From positions 462,030-526,029 of the forward strand of contig CBDCQG010000001.1 of assembly GCA_965220565.1 (NCBI GenBank): a stretch of 64,000 bases of DNA. The letters are read 5' to 3'. A program made the translations under genes and the position numbers. Numbering within the stretch: position 1 is the stretch's first letter; every line of letters begins with the position of its first letter. This document shows, piece after piece, positions 56,853 through 64,000 of this stretch. Under the pieces are notes generated by a model. It searched no databases and was not told the origin of the DNA. It worked only from the letters and a program-made list of their open reading frames with translations. This DNA comes from Dehalococcoidia bacterium. Lineage in GTDB: Bacteria > Chloroflexota > Dehalococcoidia > UBA6926.

Positions 56853-59171
56853 GTGACCCAGGCATCTCCTGCCAACACAATCACCATTACGATTGACGGA
56901 CGGCAGGTCACTGCCCCTGCGGGGTCTACCATCCTCGAGGCAGCCGCAGAGGCCGGTATCTACATCCCCACCCTCTGCTACGACGAACGCCTCAAGGCCT
57001 ATGGCGCCTGCCGCATGTGCATGGTTCAGCAGGTCGACCGCCCCGGCTTCGCCGCCGCGTGCGTCGCCCCCGCCATGCCGGACGCCGCCTACAAGACCAA
57101 CTCCGACGAAACCGTCGAACTCCGCCAATCCGTCCTCAACCTGCTCATGTCCGAGCACCCGCACGGATGCCTGACGTGCGACCGTATCGTTCACTGCGGC
57201 CCCAACGATATCTGCTTGCGCAACGTCTCAGTCACAGACCGCTGCGTCGTCTGCCCGCAGAACCAGCGATGCGAGCTGCAGGCCACCGTCGAGATCGTCG
57301 GCGTCACGGAACAACTGCTCCCGTATACCTACCGTGAACTGCCGATCCGCACCGAAGACCCGCACATCGACCGCGACTACAACCTGTGCATCTCCTGCGC
57401 GCGCTGCGTGCGTGTCTGTGATGAGGTCATCGGCGCTGAGGCCATCTCCATGGTGGATCGCGGCGACCGCATCCTCCCCGGCACGCCGAATGACGTGCCC
57501 CTCTCTGACCCGCTGACCGGCTGCACCTTCTGTGGCGCGTGCGTGGATGTCTGCCCCGTGGGCGCGCTCACGGAAAAGGACAACAAGTGGGCCGGCCTGC
57601 CGGACACCGGCGTCACAACGGTCTGCACGGAATGTGAGATCGGCTGCCAGGTCACTGCGGAACTCCAGGACGGTCGCCTGCTGCGCGTGACTCCTGACAT
57701 TGATGGCGGCGCGAACGGCGGCTTTGCCTGCATCCACGGCAAGTTCGAACTCGCGAACGAGTCCAACAATGAGGCCCGCCTCATCAGCGCCATGATCCGG
57801 GATGCCAACGGCGCGCTTGCCGAAGCGTCCTGGGACGATGCGATCACTGCCGCTGCGGACGGTCTCGGCGGCCATGCCGCCGGTTCTGCTGCCGTCGTGA
57901 TTTCTCCCCGCGTCGCAAATGAGGACGCGTGGGCATTGAATCGTCTCGCACGTGAATCCCTGCAGACCGAATTTATTGCGATGGCATCGTCCGCGCCAAT
58001 TCAGGCGGGCAGGGAACTCGCCGCAATGTTCGGCAGCGCCGCCAATGCCAACCCTATCCGGGACATCGCCAAGTCCCGCGCCGTTCTCGTGATCGGTTCA
58101 GATATCGAAATCACCCATCCCGTCGCGTCCTACCAGGTTCACAAGGCCATCAACTACAACGATGCCGCTCTCATTGGCATCGGCCCCGTCGCCTACCCGG
58201 AGCTTGGCCGCGCGTCTGAGCGATGGCTTGCCTGCGCGGAGGGAACTGAGCCCGCCGTCTTGCGCGGCATCCTCCGCGCGCTGCTCGATGCCAATCTTGT
58301 GCATGATGAATTCACCGAAGAGTCGATAGACGGCCTGCCTGCCTTGTCTGAGAGTCTTGAGAACACGACGGTTGAAGACGCGGCGGCTCAGGCAAACGTC
58401 TCAGCCGACGATCTCCGTTGGGCTGCCCGCATCATCGGCACGTCTGCCCCCGCTGCTCTCATCTACGGGGTGAGCGAAAATGATGCGCCCGGCCTGGCCA
58501 CGCTGATTGCCTCAATCGCCGCGGTGACGGGCAACGTCGCAAACGCGCAGGGCGGCGGGCTGCACGTGCTGCGGCCCGGCGGCGGCAACGTGCAGGGAGT
58601 CAGTGACGTGCTTGGCGCAGACGCCGCTACGCTTGACGACGTCATTGATTCCATCGAGTCCGGCGCCGTCAAAGCCCTCTACTGGACGGGCGGCATCCCC
58701 GCTGAAATGAGTGACTCTTCCCGCGCACGGCTGCTCACCGCCCTGGGTCGCCTTGAGTTCCTGGTGGTGCAGGGCCTTGTCATCGATGACGAGCTTGCCG
58801 CGCTGGCCAGCGTGATGATTCCCGCCGCGGCTGCCGTCGAGCGTGAGGGCACCTACACGAATACCGAGCGGCGCGTCCAGCGCGTCCGCCCCATCAAGGA
58901 CGCCGCGGGTGAAGCGCAGCCGGTTTGGCGCGCTCCGGTTGAGATTGCAAACCGACTCGGCGCATCGGGTTTCGGCTATGAGAATGCTGACGCGATCCTT
59001 GCCGACATCGTTGCGGCTGTTCCCGGTTACGCCGGCATCACCGCCGAGGCGCTGGAATCTCGACTCACCGGCCCCACGTGGCCGCTCCGGGACGATGGCG
59101 CGGATGAGCGCCTCTACCAGGGCGGCGCGTTCGGCAACGCCAGTGGCCGCATCCGCCTCGCCGCCGTTTAA
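56853..59171 (+). CDS. nuoG: NuoG-like Fe-S molybdopterin-fold protein (formate dehydrogenase alpha-like, lacking Mo-ligand Cys/Sec)
   Basis: 772 aa; N-terminal 2Fe-2S, HPHGCLTCDR His-ligated cluster, two CxxCxxC(P) ferredoxin motifs, CTECEIGC...C cluster; position equivalent to FdhF Sec140 is Ser/Ala. Confidence 0.8.
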   Translation: MTQASPANTITITIDGRQVTAPAGSTILEAAAEAGIYIPTLCYDERLKAYGACRMCMVQQVDRPGFAAACVAPAMPDAAYKTNSDETVELRQSVLNLLMSEHPHGCLTCDRIVHCGPNDICLRNVSVTDRCVVCPQNQRCELQATVEIVGVTEQLLPYTYRELPIRTEDPHIDRDYNLCISCARCVRVCDEVIGAEAISMVDRGDRILPGTPNDVPLSDPLTGCTFCGACVDVCPVGALTEKDNKWAGLPDTGVTTVCTECEIGCQVTAELQDGRLLRVTPDIDGGANGGFACIHGKFELANESNNEARLISAMIRDANGALAEASWDDAITAAADGLGGHAAGSAAVVISPRVANEDAWALNRLARESLQTEFIAMASSAPIQAGRELAAMFGSAANANPIRDIAKSRAVLVIGSDIEITHPVASYQVHKAINYNDAALIGIGPVAYPELGRASERWLACAEGTEPAVLRGILRALLDANLVHDEFTEESIDGLPALSESLENTTVEDAAAQANVSADDLRWAARIIGTSAPAALIYGVSENDAPGLATLIASIAAVTGNVANAQGGGLHVLRPGGGNVQGVSDVLGADAATLDDVIDSIESGAVKALYWTGGIPAEMSDSSRARLLTALGRLEFLVVQGLVIDDELAALASVMIPAAAAVEREGTYTNTERRVQRVRPIKDAAGEAQPVWRAPVEIANRLGASGFGYENADAILADIVAAVPGYAGITAEALESRLTGPTWPLRDDGADERLYQGGAFGNASGRIRLAAV

Positions 59172-59176
59172 CCCGC

Positions 59177-59407
59177 ATGGTCGCAACTGCCGCAACGTGG
59201 TACCTCCGCGCCCATGACGACGGTCGGCCCCTCGGTATACACATCCGCGATGACGAGCCTCTCGAACCCGCTCCCGGCGTCGTCATCACTGCCGAAGACC
59301 CGGGCCAGGCGTGGCGCAGCGCTGAAGTTGTCTCCTTTGAAGCTCTCCCCCACGCGTGCTCCATGCCGCGCTACACCGTCATCGTCAAGGTCCTGGTTGC
59401 GGCATGA
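59177..59407 (+). CDS. small hypothetical protein
   Basis: 76 aa; stop overlaps tag start (ATGA at 59404-59407) suggesting translational coupling. Confidence 0.3.
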   Translation: MVATAATWYLRAHDDGRPLGIHIRDDEPLEPAPGVVITAEDPGQAWRSAEVVSFEALPHACSMPRYTVIVKVLVAA

Positions 59408-60006
59408 CTGACTCTCAAACTGACCCAGACCAACCGACCCGCTGCTGGCCTGATGTAGACGTCGATTCGCAGATGATCGCCTACCACGATGAGGAGTGGG
59501 GCACGCCGCTCCATGACGACGACAAGCTCTTTGAATTCCTGATCCTCGAGGGATTCCAGGCTGGCCTCTCATGGCGCATCATCCTCAACAAGCGTGAGGC
59601 GTTTCGGAAGGCGTTCGCCGATTTCGATGTTCAGAGAGTCGCTCAATTTGACGACGATGATGTTGCGCGCCTGCTCGAAGACAAGGGCATCGTTCGAAAC
59701 CGGCTCAAGATCCTCGGCGCAATCACGAACGCCCAGCGATTCATTGAGATCCAGGAAGAGTTCGGCTCATTCGACCGCTACATCTGGCAGTTCACCAACT
59801 ACAAGACCCTGCGTAGCCCCAGGCCCATTACAGGCTGGGAGGACGTTCCTGCTACCTCGCCGGAATCGGACGCCATGGCGAAAGACCTCAGGGCGCGCGG
59901 CTTCAAGTTCGTTGGATCAACCGTGTGCTACGCCCACATGCAGGCCACCGGCATGGTCAACGACCACCGTGACGGCTGCTTCAAGGCCACCCTCGGCGAC
60001 TGGTAG
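59404..60006 (+). CDS. tag: DNA-3-methyladenine glycosylase I
   Basis: start MTDSQTDPDQPTRCW; YHDEEWGTP, EGFQAGLSW motifs. Confidence 0.85.
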   Translation: MTDSQTDPDQPTRCWPDVDVDSQMIAYHDEEWGTPLHDDDKLFEFLILEGFQAGLSWRIILNKREAFRKAFADFDVQRVAQFDDDDVARLLEDKGIVRNRLKILGAITNAQRFIEIQEEFGSFDRYIWQFTNYKTLRSPRPITGWEDVPATSPESDAMAKDLRARGFKFVGSTVCYAHMQATGMVNDHRDGCFKATLGDW

Positions 60007-60030
60007 ACCCCACCCTCGTCATTCACGCCC

Positions 60031-61104
60031 TTACGGAATCCGGCTGTCTGGCATGTTCACCCACGCGCTCATCTCGTGCGGCGGCGTTACCGGGTACCCC
60101 TCCGTCACGTAGGCCCCATCGATCTGATCGATCCTGGACACGCCGATCAGCGCCATCGCGCTCAGCATCTCGTCTTCCATGATCTCCAGCGAACGCACGA
60201 TGCCGTCGATGCCGCCCGCCGCGAGGCCCCAGCCCTGCAGTTTTCCAACCGCCACGCAGTCCGCGCCCAGCGCAAGAGCCTTGACCACGTCGCTTCCGCG
60301 GACGATCCCGCCGTCCAGCACGATCTTGGCGCGCCCGTCAACGGCCTTTGCGATCTCCGGCAGGGTGTCGAGACTGCCAAGCGCATGATCGATCTGACGC
60401 CCGCCATGGTTGGACACCCAGATGATGTCAAAGCCGCGCTCGACTGCCATCTCCGCATCCTCCGCCGTCTGGATGCCCTTCACCGCGAACGGCAGACCAA
60501 TCAGGTCGCGGATGCGCTCCGCCAGCTCCCACGTGACCGACGAGCCGGGCGAGACTCTCTGAACGTTCAGATTCGCCGGTACTGAACGCCCGACGATTGG
60601 CCGCTCGCGTCGACTGTACCGGGCGTTGTCCACGGTCAGGACGAATGCGTGATAGCCGGCGGCCTTGATGCGCGGCGCCATGCCCTCGATCCAATCCCAG
60701 TCGCCCTGGATGTACATCTGGAACAGCTTGGGGCCGCTGGCGGCCTCCATCGTGCCCTCAAGACCCGGCTCTGAGACTGAACTGACCGTCTGTATCGTGC
60801 CGAATGCCTCAGCCGCCTTTGCAGACGCGCCCGCCCCCTCAGCGTGAAGTCGCTGCATTCCTCCAACCGGCGCGAGCATCACGGGTATACGCATCGTGTG
60901 GCCCAGGAAATCGACGGATGGATCCATCTGGGAAACATCGCGCAGCACCCGCGGACGGAACGCGACGCGGTCGAACGCGGCACGGTTGCGCCGCATCGTC
61001 GTCTCGGACTCCGACCCGCCGACCAGGTAGTCCCACCCCGCCTGGTCAAGGTTCTTGCGCGCCGCCTGTACCGTCTCCTCGTTGCTTACAAAATCCACGG
61101 TCAT
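60031..61104 (-). CDS. FMN-dependent alpha-hydroxy acid dehydrogenase (L-lactate dehydrogenase/glycolate oxidase family)
   Basis: 357 aa; SNHGGRQID catalytic motif, TIM-barrel FMN-binding pattern. Confidence 0.85.
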   Translation of the reverse strand: MTVDFVSNEETVQAARKNLDQAGWDYLVGGSESETTMRRNRAAFDRVAFRPRVLRDVSQMDPSVDFLGHTMRIPVMLAPVGGMQRLHAEGAGASAKAAEAFGTIQTVSSVSEPGLEGTMEAASGPKLFQMYIQGDWDWIEGMAPRIKAAGYHAFVLTVDNARYSRRERPIVGRSVPANLNVQRVSPGSSVTWELAERIRDLIGLPFAVKGIQTAEDAEMAVERGFDIIWVSNHGGRQIDHALGSLDTLPEIAKAVDGRAKIVLDGGIVRGSDVVKALALGADCVAVGKLQGWGLAAGGIDGIVRSLEIMEDEMLSAMALIGVSRIDQIDGAYVTEGYPVTPPHEMSAWVNMPDSRIP

Positions 61105-61214
61105 TGCCGAATATCCTCCGGTTTATTGAATTGCCCCACACGCGCTGTATGAACCGTCACGCGCCTGGTGTCTTCAGATTGTAGCGCCCACGTTCCTCAT
61201 TGGGCATCTCTTTC

Positions 61215-62489
61215 TTACGTCGTGCCCCGTTCCGGCGTCACCAGCAACGGAATCTGCCGCCGTCGGAACCCCCACCACGCGATAACCAGCGCCACCCCCG
61301 CCGTCAACGCCAGCCCGAGGAACGCCGCCGTGAAGTCCAGCCGCTCGCTCACCTCGCCGACGAATACCGTTCCCGCCGCCGAGCCGAATGAGAACCCGCC
61401 CATCATCATCGCCATCGCCCGTCCATATTTCTCCGGTGGCGTCCAGTCCGCGGCGACGGCCTGCAGCATCGGCTGTCCCGTTCCGAACCCCAGCCCCAGC
61501 ATGAACGCCGCCGCCAGGAATCCGACGGTCGAATACGTGAACGCCAGCGTGATCATGCAACCGACGGTGAGGATGAGCGACGGCAGCAGGATGATCGCCC
61601 GGCCGTACGTGTCCGAGATGCGGCCGGTCAGCAGCCGACCGGCTATAACCACGACCGCGTACATCACGAAGAACCACTCGTAATTCGGGACCTCTCTGGT
61701 CTCACCGAGGATGGACACGAATGTCGTCGTTGCCAGGTACGCTGCCGCTATGAGCAGCACCGTGATTCCCGGCACCAGCGCCTCCGGAACAATCAGTTTG
61801 TCCACCCACGTCTCCCTGCGCGACTCTCTGTCCCCTTTTCCTGCGGCGCCGGAGTCTCCTCCTCCCGTGCGGGACACGGTTGAGGTGGAGGGTGGGGCAG
61901 GTCGCTGCGCCCTGACAGGGAAGAGAAAGAGGGTCGCCCCGGCCATCAGCGCCGCGCAGGCAAGGAACAGCTCCGTCGACCCGAAACCGTGGTAGATCCA
62001 CAGCCCGACCGCGGGCCCAAACGCGATGGCGATGTTGTGTGACGTGGCGAAATTCGTCATCGCCTCGCCACGCCTGTTGGGCGGCGCGATGTCAAGGATG
62101 AGCGTCCGCGTCGCAGACCCGGTGGCCCCGCTTCCCACGCGCCGCAGAATCGTCGGCAGCAGCATCGTCAGCGGCGACACGACGATGATCATGACCAGCG
62201 CGCCGATCACGTTGATCCCGAGGCCGAGGGTCGCCATGCCCTTGCGGCTCCACCGGTCAACACCCAGCCCGTATAGGGGAACGCCGAACGCCGCTATCGG
62301 CCCCGCGATGCCGATGACCAAACCAACTGTCGAATTCGTGCCGCCAAGCTCCTTGATATAGAGGGGAACCGTCGGCAGCAGCATGTAGAACGTCACGAAG
62401 ATCGTGAACTCCATCAGGAACAACAGGACGAAAGAGCGTGTATAGAGGCGCTGTCCCGCCGCCGCCCCGCGTTCAGCGTCAACCGTCAT
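61215..62489 (-). CDS. MFS transporter
   Basis: start at MTVDAERG (ATG 62487-62489); 12 TM; track ORF extends to 62678. Confidence 0.75.
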   Translation of the reverse strand: MTVDAERGAAAGQRLYTRSFVLLFLMEFTIFVTFYMLLPTVPLYIKELGGTNSTVGLVIGIAGPIAAFGVPLYGLGVDRWSRKGMATLGLGINVIGALVMIIVVSPLTMLLPTILRRVGSGATGSATRTLILDIAPPNRRGEAMTNFATSHNIAIAFGPAVGLWIYHGFGSTELFLACAALMAGATLFLFPVRAQRPAPPSTSTVSRTGGGDSGAAGKGDRESRRETWVDKLIVPEALVPGITVLLIAAAYLATTTFVSILGETREVPNYEWFFVMYAVVVIAGRLLTGRISDTYGRAIILLPSLILTVGCMITLAFTYSTVGFLAAAFMLGLGFGTGQPMLQAVAADWTPPEKYGRAMAMMMGGFSFGSAAGTVFVGEVSERLDFTAAFLGLALTAGVALVIAWWGFRRRQIPLLVTPERGTT

Positions 62490-62631
62490 TCCGCACCCGA
62501 TTCCCGTTGCATTCCATCCACGAATCCTAACCCGCGGCTTAGCGCCTGTATATCCGCCGCCCTCCTCCGCTATACAATGTTCCATCGGGGGTAGGCAGCG
62601 TGGCAGACTGCAAAAAGGTTGGGATCGGTCG

Positions 62632-64000
62632 ATGACGACTAGGGGTTCTCCCCTCAAGCAACAATACGAGCGGATCAAGGCTGAATTTCCTGACGGAATC
62701 CTGCTCTTTCGACTCGGCGATTTCTATGAGACGTTCGGCGAGGATGCCAAGATCGTCTCGCGTGACCTCGGCATCGCCCTCACGTCAAAGGAGCTTGGGC
62801 GCGGCCACCGCGTCCCGCTTGCCGGCGTCCCAACCCACTCCCTTGATGCTTCGCTTGCGCGACTGCTGGAGAAGGGACACCGCGTCGCCGTCTGTGAGCA
62901 GTTTGGCGACCCCAAGACGGCAAAAGGCATCCTCGACCGTGAGATCATCCGTGTCGTCACGCCCGGCACTGTTCTCCAACACGATTTGCTGCCTGAGAGC
63001 GCAAACAATTTCCTGGCCGCGCTCATCATTGATGGCGAACGCGCCGGCCTGTCCTACGCCGATATCTCCACTTCCGAGTTCGTCACCCTCGAGGTGCCCG
63101 TCGATGACCTACAAACCGAACTCGCCGCCCTCTCCCCGGCGGAGTTGATCGTTCCGGAAAACCTGCACGTGCCGCCGACCCTGGAGAGCACAGCCCTCGT
63201 TGCCATCGATGCCTCCGGCTTTGGCGAACACGACGCCCGTCAGCGCTTGCTAAAGCATTTCGGCGTCCACTCGCTTGAACCGTACGGCTGCGACAACCTG
63301 CCCCTTGCCGTCTCGGCTGCAGGCGCCGTTCTTTCCTACTTGCAGGAAACGCAACGCGGCGCGCTTACGCAGGTTCAGTCCCTCTCCACGCGACAAACTG
63401 CGGAGACGATGGTCCTTGATCCCCAGACCGTCCGCACCCTTGAACTCTTTGAGGGCAGTTCCGGCACACGCGAAGGCGGGTTGCTTGACCTCCTTGACAC
63501 AACGCAGACCCCCATGGGACGCAGGCTGTTGCGCCAATGGCTCGGACGCCCCCTCCTCAACCGCGAGGCCGTCATCGAGCGGCATGACAACGTGGAGGCC
63601 CTCGTTCAGGACCCCATGCTCCGCTCACGACTCCGTACGGCCATGCACGGACTTCCGGACCTCGAGCGCCTCATCAACTTCATCCGCTCCGGCTCCGCCG
63701 CGCCGCGTGACGTTGTTGCCGTCCGCCGCGGCCTTGAGGCCGTCGCCGGCATCCATACCGTGCTCACCGCCGCCTTACCCGGGATTCAGCGGGACGATGA
63801 GACCGTCAGCCCACTCACGTGGACTCTCAACGACGTCGAAACGCATGATGAAATCCGCAAGCTGCTGAACGAGGCCATCGCCGACGAGCCCGGCGCAACA
63901 CTCTCCGCGGGCGGCGTCGTACGCAAAGGCTTCTCGCAGGAACTCGAAGACCTGCGCGCGATTTCCTCTGATGCCCGCGTCGCCGTCGCTGCCCTCGAAA
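62632..64000 (+). CDS. mutS: DNA mismatch repair protein MutS (5' part; continues beyond window)
   Basis: ATG 62632; MTTRGSPLKQQYERIKAEFPDGILLFRLGDFYETFGEDA... mismatch-binding domain; open to window end, so absent from ORF track. Confidence 0.85.
   Translation, partial: MTTRGSPLKQQYERIKAEFPDGILLFRLGDFYETFGEDAKIVSRDLGIALTSKELGRGHRVPLAGVPTHSLDASLARLLEKGHRVAVCEQFGDPKTAKGILDREIIRVVTPGTVLQHDLLPESANNFLAALIIDGERAGLSYADISTSEFVTLEVPVDDLQTELAALSPAELIVPENLHVPPTLESTALVAIDASGFGEHDARQRLLKHFGVHSLEPYGCDNLPLAVSAAGAVLSYLQETQRGALTQVQSLSTRQTAETMVLDPQTVRTLELFEGSSGTREGGLLDLLDTTQTPMGRRLLRQWLGRPLLNREAVIERHDNVEALVQDPMLRSRLRTAMHGLPDLERLINFIRSGSAAPRDVVAVRRGLEAVAGIHTVLTAALPGIQRDDETVSPLTWTLNDVETHDEIRKLLNEAIADEPGATLSAGGVVRKGFSQELEDLRAISSDARVAVAALE

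Overview
High-GC (about 65%) bacterial chromosomal window, gene content loosely Chloroflexota/Thermomicrobia-like. It is mostly housekeeping genes, interrupted by two low-GC accessory islets and many short palindromic dispersed repeats.

Core genes (left to right):
- xerC/xerD-family recombinase, uvrC, two crotonase-family enoyl-CoA hydratases flanking a zinc-ribbon NUDIX hydrolase, an MDR-family oxidoreductase, dut.
- A divergent sulfur pair: a tandem rhodanese gene and a sulfite-oxidase-family molybdoenzyme gene; then folB, a rhomboid protease and a family III CoA-transferase.
- hpt, a VOC protein, a minus-strand run coaX-coaBC-mobA-like-valS-yciI, nnr, acpS, folD, a blue-copper lipoprotein, queA and an M20 peptidase.
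- A 23S rRNA with its own sigma70-type promoter, no 16S in the 32 kb upstream and no 5S downstream; it is followed by an initiator tRNA-fMet with its own promoter and an M50 protease.
- nuoE and nuoF-like genes, a nucleoside hydrolase plus ribokinase pair, and an AIM24/isochorismatase-family/PEP-mutase-like/two ABC-2 exporter/hydantoinase-like/double CoA-transferase catabolic cluster.
- A DUF429 gene, a frameshifted radical-SAM DNA-repair gene, an MFS transporter, a nuoG-like gene, tag, an FMN-dependent 2-hydroxyacid dehydrogenase, a second MFS gene and the 5' part of mutS.

Most notable observations:
1. The rhodanese gene has an in-frame TGA exactly at the catalytic-cysteine codon, with a stem-loop starting 11 nt downstream; 41 further in-frame codons complete the domain. 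This is either a selenocysteine-containing sulfurtransferase or a point-mutation pseudogene. The ORF track entry 10668..11720 is over-extended at the N-terminus and truncated at this TGA.
2. A low-GC (about 45%) islet abutting tRNA-Arg(TCT) carries an orphan HigA-like HTH gene followed by a 356-aa DUF91/NucS-like PD-(D/E)XK nuclease with an unknown C-terminal domain. This is a candidate two-gene toxin/defense module. On the other side of the tRNA are a hypothetical gene and a RelE/ParE-antitoxin pair.
3. A second low-GC islet (about 36.8-38.5 kb) holds three uncharacterized ORFs between the DUF2277 gene and nuoE.
4. Three related families of short hairpin-forming dispersed repeats occur at 12 or more loci, including a tandem cluster and copies inside coding-region ends.

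Many long antisense ORFs in the six-frame track are high-GC artifacts and are not called.
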